Origin: Pseudomonadota bacterium
Lineage (GTDB): Bacteria; Pseudomonadota; Alphaproteobacteria; Rhizobiales; Beijerinckiaceae
Length of the DNA stretch: 64,000 nt
NCBI GenBank assembly: GCA_023386155.1
Contig: JAEWKH010000066.1
Coordinates: 94,719 to 158,718 of the forward strand
Reading direction: 5' to 3'
Shown here: one piece after another, positions 44,499 to 54,824 of the stretch
How the letters are laid out: each line of letters begins with the position of its first letter
Numbering within the stretch: position 1 is the first letter of the stretch
Program-made: the position numbers and the translations under genes
The notes under the pieces: generated by a model
What the model was told of the DNA's origin: nothing
What the model saw: only the letters and a program-made list of their open reading frames with translations
The model's database searches: none

Positions 44499-45716
44499 AT
44501 GAAAATTGCTTTCGTTCACCAGAACTTTCCAGGTCAATTCCTTCGACTGGCCAGGACCTTCGTGGCCGAGGGGCACGAGGTCGTGGGCCTCGGGATGGTC
44601 AAGCAATGCGCCATTCCGGGCGTGAAGTATTTCCCCTACGACGCGGTCCCCGGTCCGGACGACGCGCCCTATCAGAACCGCTTTTCCCCCGTCGTTCCGC
44701 GCCTGCGCCGCGCCTATGGGGTCGCCCACAAGGCCCGGGCCCTCGCCCGGCAGGGCTTCGAGCCGGACGTGGTGGTGGTCAATACGGGCTGGGGCGAGAA
44801 CCTGTTCCTGAAGGACATCTGGCCCAAGGCCCGCCACGTGGCCTATTTCGAGTATTATTATCACGCCAAGGGTCAGGATCTCGACTTCGATCCCGAGTTC
44901 CCGGTCACCAACGAGGAGGTGATCTGGCGCCTGCGCCTGAAGAATTCGATGCAGCTCGGCGCCCTCGATGCCGCCGACGTGGCCGTGGCGCCGACCCGCT
45001 ACCAGCGGGACACCTTCCCGGCCTACCTGCACGACCGGCTCGCCATCATTCATGACGGCATCGACACCCATAAGCTCCTGCCCGACCCGAACGTCCGGAT
45101 CCAGCTCGGGGAGGGCGGGCCGCAGCTCACCCGCGAGAAGCCCGTGGTCACCTACGTGACCCGCAACATCGAGCCGATGCGCGGTGCTCACATCGTCTTC
45201 AAGAGCCTGCCCTACCTGCTCGACATCGACCCCGAACTCCGGGTCGTCATCATCGGCGGCAAGGGCCAGAGCTATTCCGGCTCCGCGCCGGCCGGGCAGT
45301 CCTGGTTCGACGTCTTCAAGGCCAAGATCGAGCGGCCCGTCGACTGGTCGCGGGTCCATTTCGTCGGAAACCTGCCCTACGACCAGTTCGTGAAGGTCCT
45401 GCAGGTCTCCTCGGCCCATGTCTACATGACCTATCCCTTCGTCCTGTCCTGGTCCTCCATCGAGGCGATGGCGCTCGAATGCCGGATCGTCGCCTCGGAC
45501 ACCGAGCCGGTGCGGGAGGTCATCCAGGACGGGGTGAACGGGCGCCTCTTCCCCTTCTTCGACGAGAAGGCGCTGGCCGAGCGGGTGCGCGAGACCCTGG
45601 CGGACGGGGAGAGGTCCGCCGCCATGGCGGCGGAAGCTCGCCGAATCGCCGTCGCGAAATATGATTACGAGACCGTCTGCCTGCCCCAGTGGCGCGAGTT
45701 TCTGGGGGTCAGATAG
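44499..45716 (+). CDS. glycosyltransferase (GT-B fold, family 4-like)
   Basis: The C-terminal region PFVLSWSSIEAMALECRIVASDTEPVREVIQDGVNGRLFPFFD matches the GT1/GT4 nucleotide-sugar binding motif. ATG at 44499 is preferred. Confidence 0.8.
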   Translation: MKIAFVHQNFPGQFLRLARTFVAEGHEVVGLGMVKQCAIPGVKYFPYDAVPGPDDAPYQNRFSPVVPRLRRAYGVAHKARALARQGFEPDVVVVNTGWGENLFLKDIWPKARHVAYFEYYYHAKGQDLDFDPEFPVTNEEVIWRLRLKNSMQLGALDAADVAVAPTRYQRDTFPAYLHDRLAIIHDGIDTHKLLPDPNVRIQLGEGGPQLTREKPVVTYVTRNIEPMRGAHIVFKSLPYLLDIDPELRVVIIGGKGQSYSGSAPAGQSWFDVFKAKIERPVDWSRVHFVGNLPYDQFVKVLQVSSAHVYMTYPFVLSWSSIEAMALECRIVASDTEPVREVIQDGVNGRLFPFFDEKALAERVRETLADGERSAAMAAEARRIAVAKYDYETVCLPQWREFLGVR

Positions 45717-45828
45717 GGGAAAAAGCATTCATAAAGTTTTCGTTTGGAGCCATTCGAAAGATTGCAGCTCCTCACCGCATGCGTTAAACGCAGCAGTTAA
45801 CAAGTGACGCTGAACAGGGCTTGGAATT

Positions 45829-46122
45829 ATGGCCGATACAAAACATGCGCCGCACGGGGGCTACAGTCCGGATATGGACAGCCGCGCCCATGAGGCGACC
45901 TATCAGGGATTCGTCCAGTTTGCCGAGATCGGCACCGCCGTCGTCATCTGCCACGTGCTGGCGCTCGCGGTCGGCGGCATCAAGCACGCCTGGCTGACGG
46001 CGATCTTCGGCGTGATCCTCTCGCTCGTCGCGGGCGGCATCGGCGCCATGGCCCCCTCCGTCGGGGTGCGCGCTCCGGCTGCCGTCGGGGGTCTCCTTCT
46101 GCTGGCGCTCATCTTCTACTGA
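45829..46122 (+). CDS. aa3-type cytochrome c oxidase subunit IV-like small membrane protein
   Basis: PDMDSRAHEATYQGFVQFAEIGTAVVICHVLALAV resembles the COX4_pro_2 motif (MD---H--T---F), followed by TM segments. Confidence 0.55.
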   Translation: MADTKHAPHGGYSPDMDSRAHEATYQGFVQFAEIGTAVVICHVLALAVGGIKHAWLTAIFGVILSLVAGGIGAMAPSVGVRAPAAVGGLLLLALIFY

Positions 46123-46198
46123 GCAGGGCGGGTGGCCGTTTGACGGAAGTGACAAGAGCTTGATTTCAAGCCGTTGAGCAGATCGCAGGGGGGCTAAA

Positions 46199-47335
46199 AT
46201 GCGGATCGCCGTTCTCTCCGAAACCGATAGAGCGGAGACACGCGTTTCCGCCACCCCTGAGACCGTCAAGAAATACAAGAACCTCGGCGCGGACGTGGTC
46301 GTCCAGGCCAAGGCGGGCGCGAAGGCCGGCATCCCCGATGCCGAGTTCGAGGCCGCCGGCGCTTCGATCGCCAAGACGGCCAAGGAGGCCCTGAAGGATG
46401 CCGATGTCATCCTCAAGGTCCGCCGCCCCGCGGAGGGCGAACTGAAGGGCGCCAAGCCCGGCGCGCTGGTCATCGCCATCATGGATCCCTACGGCCAGGA
46501 CGCTGCCCTCAAGGCCCTGGCCGATGCCCAGGTTTCCGCCTTCGCCATGGAGCTGATGCCCCGCATCACCCGTGCGCAGGTGATGGACGTGCTGTCCTCC
46601 CAGGCCAATCTCGCCGGCTACCGGGCCGTCATCGACGCCACCGCCGAATACGGCCGCGCCCTGCCCATGATGATGACCGCCGCCGGCACGGTGCCCGCGG
46701 CCCGCATCTTCGTCATGGGAGCCGGCGTCGCCGGCCTTCAGGCCATCGCCACCGCCCGCCGCCTCGGCGCCGTGGTGACCGCCACCGACGTGCGCCCCGC
46801 CGCCAAGGAGCAGGTGGAGAGCCTGGGCGCCAAGTTCATCGCCGTGGAGGACGAGGAGTTCAAGCAGGCGGAGACCGCCGGCGGCTACGCCAAGGAGATG
46901 TCGGCGGAGTACAAGGCCAAGCAGGCGGAGCTCGTCGCCTCCCACATCGCCAAGCAGGACATCGTCATCACCACGGCCCTGATCCCGGGCCGCCCGGCGC
47001 CGAAGCTCGTGTCCCGCGCCATGGTCGAATCCATGAAGCCCGGCTCGGTGGTGGTCGATCTGGCCGTGGAGCGCGGCGGCAATTGCGAGCTGGCCCAGCC
47101 GGGCCAGGTGGTGGAGCACAACGGCGTGAAGATCGTGGGCCACCTCAACGTGCCCGGACGCCTCGCCGCCACGGCATCCAGCCTCTACGCGAAGAACCTC
47201 TACGCCTTCGTCGAGACGCTGGTGGACAAGGAAACCAAGGCTCTGGCCGTGAAGTGGGACGACGATCTGGTCAAGGCCACCTGCCTGACCCGTGACGGCG
47301 CCATCGTCCACACCGCCTTCCAGCCGACCGCTTAA
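46199..47335 (+). CDS. pntAA: NAD(P) transhydrogenase subunit alpha, part 1 (dI)
   Basis: [26 protein letters not shown] and the Rossmann motif [20 protein letters not shown]. Followed by pntAB and pntB. Confidence 0.9.
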   Translation: MRIAVLSETDRAETRVSATPETVKKYKNLGADVVVQAKAGAKAGIPDAEFEAAGASIAKTAKEALKDADVILKVRRPAEGELKGAKPGALVIAIMDPYGQDAALKALADAQVSAFAMELMPRITRAQVMDVLSSQANLAGYRAVIDATAEYGRALPMMMTAAGTVPAARIFVMGAGVAGLQAIATARRLGAVVTATDVRPAAKEQVESLGAKFIAVEDEEFKQAETAGGYAKEMSAEYKAKQAELVASHIAKQDIVITTALIPGRPAPKLVSRAMVESMKPGSVVVDLAVERGGNCELAQPGQVVEHNGVKIVGHLNVPGRLAATASSLYAKNLYAFVETLVDKETKALAVKWDDDLVKATCLTRDGAIVHTAFQPTA

Positions 47336-47355
47336 ACCGTCCAGGGGAGGACACC

Positions 47356-47805
47356 ATGGCAACGCTTACGCCCGAACAGGCCGTCGAGCAGGCCCGAGCG
47401 GCGGCAGAGGCTGCCCGACGCTCGGCCGAGGCGGCCCAGACCATCGCCGACCAGGTCGCGGACGCGGCAGGCGCCGCCGCCGCCGCCGTCACCCACGGGG
47501 CCGTCGACCCGACGGTGTTCCGCCTCGCCATCTTCGTCCTGGCGATCTTCGTCGGCTATTACGTGGTCTGGCAGGTCACTCCGGCCCTGCACACGCCGCT
47601 GATGTCGGTCACCAACGCCATCTCGTCGGTGATCGTGGTCGGCGCCGTGCTGGCGGTGGGCGTCGATGTGGCCCCGGGCCTCGGCGAGGGGCCGGTCTGG
47701 GCCCGGGCGCTCGGCTTCATCGGCCTCGTCCTGGCGTCCATCAACATCTTCGGCGGCTTCCTGGTGACCCAGCGCATGCTCGCCATGTACCGCAAGAAGG
47801 GGTGA
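47356..47805 (+). CDS. pntAB: NAD(P) transhydrogenase subunit alpha, part 2 (membrane dII-alpha)
   Basis: After an Ala-rich N-terminal extension come hydrophobic segments with [16 protein letters not shown]. Confidence 0.85.
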   Translation: MATLTPEQAVEQARAAAEAARRSAEAAQTIADQVADAAGAAAAAVTHGAVDPTVFRLAIFVLAIFVGYYVVWQVTPALHTPLMSVTNAISSVIVVGAVLAVGVDVAPGLGEGPVWARALGFIGLVLASINIFGGFLVTQRMLAMYRKKG

Positions 47806-47809
47806 GGCG

Positions 47810-49207
47810 ATGTCGGCCAATCTAGCCTCGATCCTCTACCTCGTCTCCGGCGTCCTGTTCATCCTGGCCCTCCGGGGCCTGTCGCACCCTACAACCTCCC
47901 GGCAGGGCAACCTCTACGGCATGGTGGGCATGGGGATCGCCATCCTCACCACCCTGTTCGTGTCCCCGCCGAACGGCTTCGGCGGCTGGGCCCTGGTGGT
48001 GCTGGGCCTCGCCATCGGCGGCGGCATCGGCGCCGTGGTCGCCAAGCGGGTGCCGATGACGGCCATGCCCCAGCTGGTGGCCGCCTTCCACTCCCTGGTG
48101 GGCCTCGCGGCGGTTCTGGTGGCGGCTGGCGCCCTTTATGCGCCGCAGGCCTTCGGCATCGGCTCGGTCGGCACCATCCATGGCGGCTCGCTGTTCGAGA
48201 TGGCGCTCGGCGTCGCCATCGGGGCCATCACCTTCACCGGCTCCGTGATCGCGTTCCTGAAGCTTGACGGGCGCATGTCCGGCAAGCCGATCCTGCTGCC
48301 GAGCCGGCACCTGATCAACATCGCACTCGGCGTCCTGCTGCTGGTTCTGCTCGTCGCCTTCATCCGCACCGAGAGCCACGCGGCCTTCTGGCTGATCGTG
48401 CTCGTGTCCTTCGTGCTCGGCGTGACGCTCATCATCCCCATCGGCGGCTCCGACATGCCGGAGGTGGTGTCGATGCTCAACTCCTATTCGGGCTGGGCGG
48501 CGGCGGGCATCGGCTTCACGCTCGGCAACCTCGCGCTCATCATCACCGGCGCGCTGGTCGGCTCCTCGGGCGCGATCCTGTCCTACATCATGTGCAAGGG
48601 CATGAACCGGAGCTTCATCTCCGTGATTCTCGGCGGCTTCGGCGGCGAGACCTCGGCCGCCGCAAGTGGCGCGGTGGAGACACGGCCCGTGAAGCAGGGC
48701 TCGGCGGACGACGCCGCCTTCATCATGAAGAACGCGTCCAAGGTCATCATCGTGCCGGGCTACGGCATGGCGGTCGCCCAGGCGCAGCATGCGTTGCGCG
48801 AGATGGCCGACGAGCTGAAGGCCGAGGGCGTCGAGGTCAAATACGCCATCCACCCGGTGGCGGGCCGCATGCCCGGCCACATGAACGTGCTGCTGGCGGA
48901 AGCCAATGTGCCCTACGACGAGGTGTTCGAGCTCGAGGACATCAACGGCGAGTTCGCGCAGGCCGACGTCGCCTTCGTCATCGGCGCCAACGACGTGACG
49001 AATCCGGCCGCCAAGACCGATCCGGCCTCGCCGATCTTCGGCATGCCGATCCTCGACGTGGAGCGCGCCAAGACCGTGCTGTTCATCAAGCGCGGCATGG
49101 GCTCCGGCTATGCGGGCGTCGAGAACGAGCTGTTCTTCCGCGACAACACCATGATGCTCTTCGGCGACGCCAAGAAGGTGGTCGACGAGATCCTGAAGAA
49201 CCTCTGA
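47810..49207 (+). CDS. pntB: NAD(P) transhydrogenase subunit beta
   Basis: 465 aa. Membrane N-terminal part plus the dIII domain with IIVPGYGMAVAQAQH and VKYAIHPVAGRMPGHMNVLLAEA. Confidence 0.95.
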   Translation: MSANLASILYLVSGVLFILALRGLSHPTTSRQGNLYGMVGMGIAILTTLFVSPPNGFGGWALVVLGLAIGGGIGAVVAKRVPMTAMPQLVAAFHSLVGLAAVLVAAGALYAPQAFGIGSVGTIHGGSLFEMALGVAIGAITFTGSVIAFLKLDGRMSGKPILLPSRHLINIALGVLLLVLLVAFIRTESHAAFWLIVLVSFVLGVTLIIPIGGSDMPEVVSMLNSYSGWAAAGIGFTLGNLALIITGALVGSSGAILSYIMCKGMNRSFISVILGGFGGETSAAASGAVETRPVKQGSADDAAFIMKNASKVIIVPGYGMAVAQAQHALREMADELKAEGVEVKYAIHPVAGRMPGHMNVLLAEANVPYDEVFELEDINGEFAQADVAFVIGANDVTNPAAKTDPASPIFGMPILDVERAKTVLFIKRGMGSGYAGVENELFFRDNTMMLFGDAKKVVDEILKNL

Positions 49208-49229
49208 TCCGTCCATCAGATCACGCTTC

Positions 49230-49256
49230 ATGCCCGGCCTCGCGCCGGGCATTTTG
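49230..49256 (+). terminator. intrinsic terminator after pntB
   Basis: TGCCCGGC-CTCGC-GCCGGGCA followed by TTTT. Confidence 0.7.
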
Positions 49257-49448
49257 CTTCCCGCCTCGTCATCACCTCCCCGGACTTGATCCGGAGACCA
49301 GTGCCGGTGATCCCGATTGTGAGAGTGCCGCGCTCCTCCGATCGAGATGGCCGGGATGAGTGTTCAGCCTGGAGCCATGACGTGAGATGGAATGACGGCG
49401 CGAGTAAAAGCTGATTTAAGAGGCCATCTCCTGTTCCGGAAATGCCTC

Positions 49449-49928
49449 ATGCCCCCCATTACCCTTCGCACCGCCCTTCCTGCCGACCGGGATGCCGTCA
49501 TCGAGCTGATCCACCAGCTCAACGTCTTCGAGGCCGATCTCGTCGGCGACCGGCGGCGCGATTACGGGGCTGCGGCGGAGTATTACGACGAGCTGATGCA
49601 GCGCCTCTCCCGGCGCAACGGCCGTGTCGTGCTGGCGGTGGCGGAAGGGATGACGGTCGGCGCCATGGGCTTTTCGCTCGATCAGGATGCGGCCTATGTG
49701 GCCGATAGCTTCCGCAATCACGGCACGGTGACGGATCTCATCGTGCACAACGACTGGCGCGGGCAGGGCATCGGCCAGATACTCCTCAAGGAGGCGGAGC
49801 GGCTGACGAGGGAGGCCGGCCTGAAGCGCCTCTTCATCGGCGTGCTCGTCGCCAATGAACGGGCCGAGCGCACCTACCGCGCCTTCGGCTTCGAGCCTTA
49901 TGTGTCGATCATGTCGAAAGAAGTGTGA
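49449..49928 (+). CDS. GNAT-family N-acetyltransferase
   Basis: VHNDWRGQGIGQILLKEAERL (acetyl-CoA motif A) and YRAFGFEP. ATG at 49449 is preferred. Confidence 0.8.
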   Translation: MPPITLRTALPADRDAVIELIHQLNVFEADLVGDRRRDYGAAAEYYDELMQRLSRRNGRVVLAVAEGMTVGAMGFSLDQDAAYVADSFRNHGTVTDLIVHNDWRGQGIGQILLKEAERLTREAGLKRLFIGVLVANERAERTYRAFGFEPYVSIMSKEV

Positions 49929-49978
49929 GGGAGAAAGCTCTCAGTCTGGGCTTTCGCTCGTCGTGGATATGAAATATC

Positions 49979-50491
49979 GTGTCTAATGACGATGTGGTTG
50001 CGACTAGGGATTGTTCTTTGAGACCCCTCCGGAAGCTAGGAATCGGATTGATTGCGGCTGCGACGCTTCTCCTTGCACAGGGGCAGGACGGGCTCGAAGC
50101 GGAAGAGAGAATTACCGAGGCCATGGCCCATGAGATGAGAGCGCTTGCCCTGGAAAATCTTCATTCCCTGATGTGCTCCGAAGGCACACTCTGCGTGCCT
50201 GCAACAGAGAGTGAGTTAAAGCATCCTCCCATCTCGATTGAAGATACGCGCAGAGCGATGTCGATAGGCATCATATCGGGCGTAGCTGAGAAGTGCGGTG
50301 TCGAATGGACTAAGAATTTCTTTGCTCCACTCATGAGGCACTTTCGTCATCAAGCGCGCATGAATGAGCGACAACTTGCCCTGATCGCTTTCGTCCATGG
50401 TGTTCAGCAATCAAGAGCTTTTAAATCGGCAACGAAAGATATCTGCACTCCCGCCATGAAAGAGCGCTTATCCAATCCCGTGGTTCGTTAG
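49979..50491 (+). CDS. hypothetical exported protein (low-GC orphan)
   Basis: 170-aa ORF with a GTG start. Signal-like GIGLIAAATLLLAQG. Visibly lower GC than its neighbours. Confidence 0.35.
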   Translation: MSNDDVVATRDCSLRPLRKLGIGLIAAATLLLAQGQDGLEAEERITEAMAHEMRALALENLHSLMCSEGTLCVPATESELKHPPISIEDTRRAMSIGIISGVAEKCGVEWTKNFFAPLMRHFRHQARMNERQLALIAFVHGVQQSRAFKSATKDICTPAMKERLSNPVVR

Positions 50492-50530
50492 ATTTCACGA
50501 TGGCGACAAAGGCTGAACACATATTTTATC

Positions 50531-51154
50531 CTACGTGTCGATCCTGTCGAAGGAGTTGTGAGGTTCCGGGTAGGCCTCCTCCCAGCTCATCAGCGTGGTC
50601 AGCTTCGGCCAGCAGGCCCACCAGTTCTTGGCCGTGACCCGCTCGCGATAGACATCCATCTTGTGCGCGAAGGCCGGAGCCGGTCGCACGATCAGGCTCA
50701 GGAGGTCCTCGACGCCGTGAGGCGCCATCACCTCGACCTTGCCGTGGATCGTGCGGGCTGCAATGGCGGTCGCGGTTTCGGCCCAGTGAGCGACGGCATC
50801 GCGCGTGTCGCGGTAGGGCGCATCCCCATTGCGACGATGCATGCGGGCCTGGTTCTTCACCGACCAGTTCACGCGGGAAGCGCGCTCGCACAGCTGGCGC
50901 TCGAGTGCGGCCTCCCGGTCCTTTCGCATATCGATAGGATCGAAGAAGATCACATCCACGTCGTCGAGACGGGACACGTCGATCCTACGCCCGTGCATCG
51001 CGTCCCAGACATTGTTGCGGATGAAGCCGGCCCCGATCCAGCTGTCGGGAAGCCCGAGGCTCTCCACATGCGAAAGAAGCGCATGCAGGTCCGCATGCGC
51101 TTCGAGAAGTCCTGCAATATCGGCGATGCTCCGAAGGGAAGGGCCGGGGCTCAT
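50531..51154 (-). CDS. nucleotidyltransferase family protein (DUF925 / NTP_transf_6-like)
   Basis: SWIGAGFIRNNVWDAMHG...DDVDVIFFDP...VNWSVKNQARMH matches what I recall of the NTP_transf_6 family. Confidence 0.6.
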   Translation of the reverse strand: MSPGPSLRSIADIAGLLEAHADLHALLSHVESLGLPDSWIGAGFIRNNVWDAMHGRRIDVSRLDDVDVIFFDPIDMRKDREAALERQLCERASRVNWSVKNQARMHRRNGDAPYRDTRDAVAHWAETATAIAARTIHGKVEVMAPHGVEDLLSLIVRPAPAFAHKMDVYRERVTAKNWWACWPKLTTLMSWEEAYPEPHNSFDRIDT

Positions 51155-51175
51155 GCCGCCTTCCTCTCGGCTCTC

Positions 51176-52039
51176 TCAGGAGCGGAACAGGCCTGCGACG
51201 CCGCCCTGCAGCCTGGAGCTGCCCTGGCGGGCGATGGTGTTGCTGTTGTCGACGGCGAGCGCGCGCTGGTAGCTCTCGATGGCCTGCGTGCGATCGCCCT
51301 TGCGCTCGAAGGCCACGCCGCGCCACGCCCAGGAATCCGCGTCCTTGTTGTTGACGTTGAGGGCCGCGTTGAAGTCCTCGATGGCCTTGTCGTACTGGTT
51401 CGTCGCCACGAAGCTCTGGCCGCGGGCGGCATAGGGAGCGCCGACGAAGGGGTTGCGGTCGATGGTGGCGTCGAAGTCGAGGATCGCCTGCTGGTGCATG
51501 CCCTGGCGCTGGTAGAGCAGGCCGCGCGAGTGGAGCGCCTCGGCCGATTCGGGCAAGAGGCGGGTGGCCATGTTCAGGTCGCTGAGGGCTTCCTGGTACT
51601 GGTTCTGGGCGCGGTAGAGATTGGCGCGGCCGATATAGGCCGGGCCGTAATTCGGATCAGCCTGGATCGCGCGGGTGAAATCGGAGAGAGCCTGATCGTT
51701 GCGGTTCGTCTGCCGCAGGGCCAGAGCGCGGTTGGTATAGGCCGGCGCGTAATTGGGATCGAGCTGCACGGCCTTGGAGAAGTCGGCGATGGCGTTGCTG
51801 TAGTTCCCCACGCGGGCATAGGCCGCGCCGCGGGTGTTATAGGCGCTCGGATCGTTCGGGTTGCGCTGGATCACGTCCGACAGGGAGGAGATGTTGACCG
51901 TGCTCGTGCCCTGCGTGTCCTCCTCCACGACGGCGATGCGCTGGGTCGGGCCACCGCCCGTGGTGCTGCAGGCGGCGAGGCCGAGGGCAACAAGGGTCAG
52001 GCTCACAGGGGCCAAATGGCGAATCGATGGGGCGAACAC
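51176..52039 (-). CDS. TPR-repeat lipoprotein
   Basis: Lipobox LGLAAC, then six to seven repeats of the A-Y-x-RG-x-Y...A-I-x-DF-x-A-I-x-DPN type. Confidence 0.8.
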   Translation of the reverse strand: MFAPSIRHLAPVSLTLVALGLAACSTTGGGPTQRIAVVEEDTQGTSTVNISSLSDVIQRNPNDPSAYNTRGAAYARVGNYSNAIADFSKAVQLDPNYAPAYTNRALALRQTNRNDQALSDFTRAIQADPNYGPAYIGRANLYRAQNQYQEALSDLNMATRLLPESAEALHSRGLLYQRQGMHQQAILDFDATIDRNPFVGAPYAARGQSFVATNQYDKAIEDFNAALNVNNKDADSWAWRGVAFERKGDRTQAIESYQRALAVDNSNTIARQGSSRLQGGVAGLFRS

Positions 52040-52271
52040 CTTCGTCTCCAGCTTTTTTACTCACGGTACCAGGAAGCGGCACTCTGGCGGGAAATCCTTA
52101 ACAGCCGTGAAACAAGGCATCAAAAAGGCGTCGGCGCAAGAGAAATTGCAACTTAGTTCGGAGGGCTGGCCTAGGAATATTGGGCCCTGACATGCAAACA
52201 GCGCCCCGCTTGCGCGACGGGCGCTGGTTCACAACCGATCAGTCAGGCCCTTTCGGGCCCGCTCGAAGAGC

Positions 52272-52502
52272 TTAGCGGGTCGGACGGGGCTTGGAAGGCA
52301 GCAGGCCTTCGCGCTGCATCCGCTTGCGGATCAGCTTACGAGCGCGGCGGACGGCTTCAGCCTTCTCGCGGGCCTTCTTCTCAGACGGCTTCTCGTAGTG
52401 ACCGCGAAGCTTCATCTCGCGGAAGATGCCCTCACGCTGCATCTTCTTCTTGAGAGCGCGGAGCGCCTGATCGACGTTGTTATCCCGGACAAGAACCTGC
52501 AC
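52272..52502 (-). CDS. rpsU: 30S ribosomal protein S21
   Basis: (V)[49 protein letters not shown] at 52502 with GAGGA upstream. The ORF track extends it artificially to 52547. Confidence 0.9.
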   Translation of the reverse strand: MQVLVRDNNVDQALRALKKKMQREGIFREMKLRGHYEKPSEKKAREKAEAVRRARKLIRKRMQREGLLPSKPRPTR

Positions 52503-52670
52503 GCGAATTCCTCGTATTTGAAGCGTTTCGATTGTGATAAAAAGCAACGAGGCGCGTCATGCGCACCTCTATCTGGTCGGCGTCGATACCAGAAGAAGCC
52601 TTGCCTGTCCAGGGTTGCTTCTCAAGAAAAGCGCCGGTCCAGAGGGACAACGGCTGCGGTTCCGAAAGGT

Positions 52671-53750
52671 TCAGGCGCTTTCCGGAAAAACCCGGGTGAC
52701 ATGGCCCATCTTGCGGCCCGCCCGGGCCTCGGTCTTGCCGTAGAGGTGCAGTTGCGCGCCCGGCTCGGCCAGGATCTCCTCCCAGGCATCGGCATCGTGG
52801 CCGATCAAGTTTCTCATCTCGACCCGGCCGAGGCGGGCGGCCTCGCCCAGGGGCCAGCCGCAGACCGCCCTGACATGCTGCTCGAACTGCGAGGTCGTGG
52901 CGCCGCCCAGCGTCCAATGGCCGGAATTGTGCACCCGGGGGGCGATCTCGTTCACCACGAGGCGCTCCGAACCGTCCCCGGTGACCAGAAACAGCTCGAC
53001 CGCGAGCACGCCCACGTAATCCAGGGCCTCGGCGATGGAGCGGGCAATCCGGACGGCCTGTTCCTCCGTCTCGGGGGAGACGCCAGCCGGAACCCGGGTC
53101 GTGTCGAGGATGTGGTTGCGGTGCTCGTTGGCGCACAGGTCGTAGGCCGCGAACGCTCCCGTGGCGGTCCGGGCCGCGACCACCGAGACCTCCCGCTCGA
53201 AGGGCACGAAGCCCTCCAGGATGGAGGCGGCGCGGCCGATCTCCTCCCAGGCCGCGACAGGGTCGGTCCCGGGTGCGATCTTCACCTGCCCCTTGCCGTC
53301 ATAGCCGAAGCGGCGGGTCTTGAGCACGGCGGGCCTGCCGATGCGCTCGAGGGCCTCGGCCAGCTCGGCCTCGCTGGAGACGGGCGCGAAGGGGGCGACC
53401 GCGATGCCGAGGCCCGCGATGAAGCTCTTCTCGAGAAAGCGGTCCTGCGACACGGCCAGGGCCTGCGCGTTGGGGGCGAGCAGGGCATGGGCGCTCAAGG
53501 TGGCGGCTGTCTCGCTCGGCACGTTCTCGAACTCGTAGGTCACCACATCCACGGCCTTGGCGAAGCGGACCAGGTTCGCTTCGTCCTCGTAGGCCGCCAC
53601 AGTGTATTCGGTCGCCACCTCGAAGGCCGGGCTGTTCTCCTCCGGCGCGTAGACATGAGTCCTCAGGCCGAGCTGCGCCGCCGCCATGGCGATCATGCGG
53701 CCGAGCTGGCCGCCGCCGAGAATGCCGAGGGTGCAGCCGGGGCGGATCAT
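52671..53750 (-). CDS. purK: N5-carboxyaminoimidazole ribonucleotide synthase
   Basis: MIRPGCTLGILGGGQLGRM, ATP-grasp motifs, and a position 7 nt after purE. Confidence 0.9.
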   Translation of the reverse strand: MIRPGCTLGILGGGQLGRMIAMAAAQLGLRTHVYAPEENSPAFEVATEYTVAAYEDEANLVRFAKAVDVVTYEFENVPSETAATLSAHALLAPNAQALAVSQDRFLEKSFIAGLGIAVAPFAPVSSEAELAEALERIGRPAVLKTRRFGYDGKGQVKIAPGTDPVAAWEEIGRAASILEGFVPFEREVSVVAARTATGAFAAYDLCANEHRNHILDTTRVPAGVSPETEEQAVRIARSIAEALDYVGVLAVELFLVTGDGSERLVVNEIAPRVHNSGHWTLGGATTSQFEQHVRAVCGWPLGEAARLGRVEMRNLIGHDADAWEEILAEPGAQLHLYGKTEARAGRKMGHVTRVFPESA

Positions 53751-53757
53751 GAGGTTC

Positions 53758-54249
53758 TCAGCCTTCGTTGGAGGGGCGTTCGGCCACGCTCTCGCTCTGG
53801 CGCTGGCGCCAGGCGTCGAGGCGGGCGCCCAGGGCGGGATCGTGCAGGGCCAGCACGGCGGCCGCGAGCAGGGCCGCATTCACCGCGCCGGCGCGGCCGA
53901 TGGCGAGCGTCCCCACGGGGATGCCGGCCGGCATCTGGACGATGGAGAGCAGGCTGTCCTGCCCCGACAGGGCCTTGGATTCCACCGGGACGCCGAAGAC
54001 GGGCAGGGGGGTCATGGCGGCCGCCATGCCGGGCAGGTGGGCGGCCCCGCCGGCGCCCGCGATGATGACCTGAAAGCCTTCCGCCTTGGCGCCCTTGGCG
54101 AAGGCGTAGAGCCGGTCCGGCGTGCGATGGGCCGAGACGATGCGGGCGTCGTAGGCGATCCCCAGCGCGTCGAGGGTCTCGGCGGCATGGCGCATGGTAG
54201 CCCAGTCGGACTGGCTGCCCATGATGATGGCAACGGGAGGATGCGCCAT
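53758..54249 (-). CDS. purE: N5-carboxyaminoimidazole ribonucleotide mutase
   Basis: [14 protein letters not shown]...[12 protein letters not shown]...[14 protein letters not shown]. Confidence 0.95.
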   Translation of the reverse strand: MAHPPVAIIMGSQSDWATMRHAAETLDALGIAYDARIVSAHRTPDRLYAFAKGAKAEGFQVIIAGAGGAAHLPGMAAAMTPLPVFGVPVESKALSGQDSLLSIVQMPAGIPVGTLAIGRAGAVNAALLAAAVLALHDPALGARLDAWRQRQSESVAERPSNEG

Positions 54250-54322
54250 GGCGTGGCTCCGGCTTCAAGGCCTTGGGGTCTCAGCGGGAATAGCGAAGCC
54301 GCCCCGCACAGGCAAGGCTTTC

Positions 54323-54523
54323 TCAGGCGATGATGTCGGGAGTCAGCTGATCTTCGAGGCGGATGATCTGGTCCTTGAGGGCGAGCTTGCGCTTCTTCAG
54401 GCGCTGGACCTGCAGCTGGTCCCCGGCGACCATGCTCTCCAGGGCGTCGATGGCGAAGTCGAGATCACGGTGTTCCTGCTTGAGACGGGCCAATTCCGCT
54501 TCCAGTTCAGCCAATTCGGTCAT
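54323..54523 (-). CDS. DUF465 (YdcH-like) small coiled-coil protein
   Basis: MTELAELEAELARLKQEHRDLDFAI...LQVQRLKKRKLALKDQIIRLE. Confidence 0.75.
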   Translation of the reverse strand: MTELAELEAELARLKQEHRDLDFAIDALESMVAGDQLQVQRLKKRKLALKDQIIRLEDQLTPDIIA

Positions 54524-54535
54524 AGAAATTACCCA

Positions 54536-54647
54536 GAGCCTCGGACCCAAAAGTGGTCTCCACCTTTGGGATCGATCCGATGCTCAATCCCCTAAGCGGC
54601 GCAGCGTCGGACGCGGAAAAACGGGTCCACTTTTCCGCACGATGCGC
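54536..54647 (-). repeat. about 110-bp structured intergenic repeat, copy C
   Basis: The reverse complement reads GCGCATCGTGCGGAAAAGTGGACCCGTTTTTCCG...GAGCATCGGATCGATCCCAAAGGTGGAGACCACTTTTGGGTCCGAGGCTC. It ends 12 nt before the minus-strand DUF465 ATG. Confidence 0.8.
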
Positions 54648-54824
54648 TAAATGCCAGGCTGCCTTCGGCGCCGGCCAAGAGGGGCGGAAGTATGCTCTTG
54701 CGGCCTGTGGAGAGCAAGATCGCTCAAGCATCTTCTCTTCTCGATTCTTCGCATTTCGCCTTCGACTCGCCACACTCTATCTGCCACAATCGGCCGGTCA
54801 GTAGATCGAATAGGAGGAACTGAC

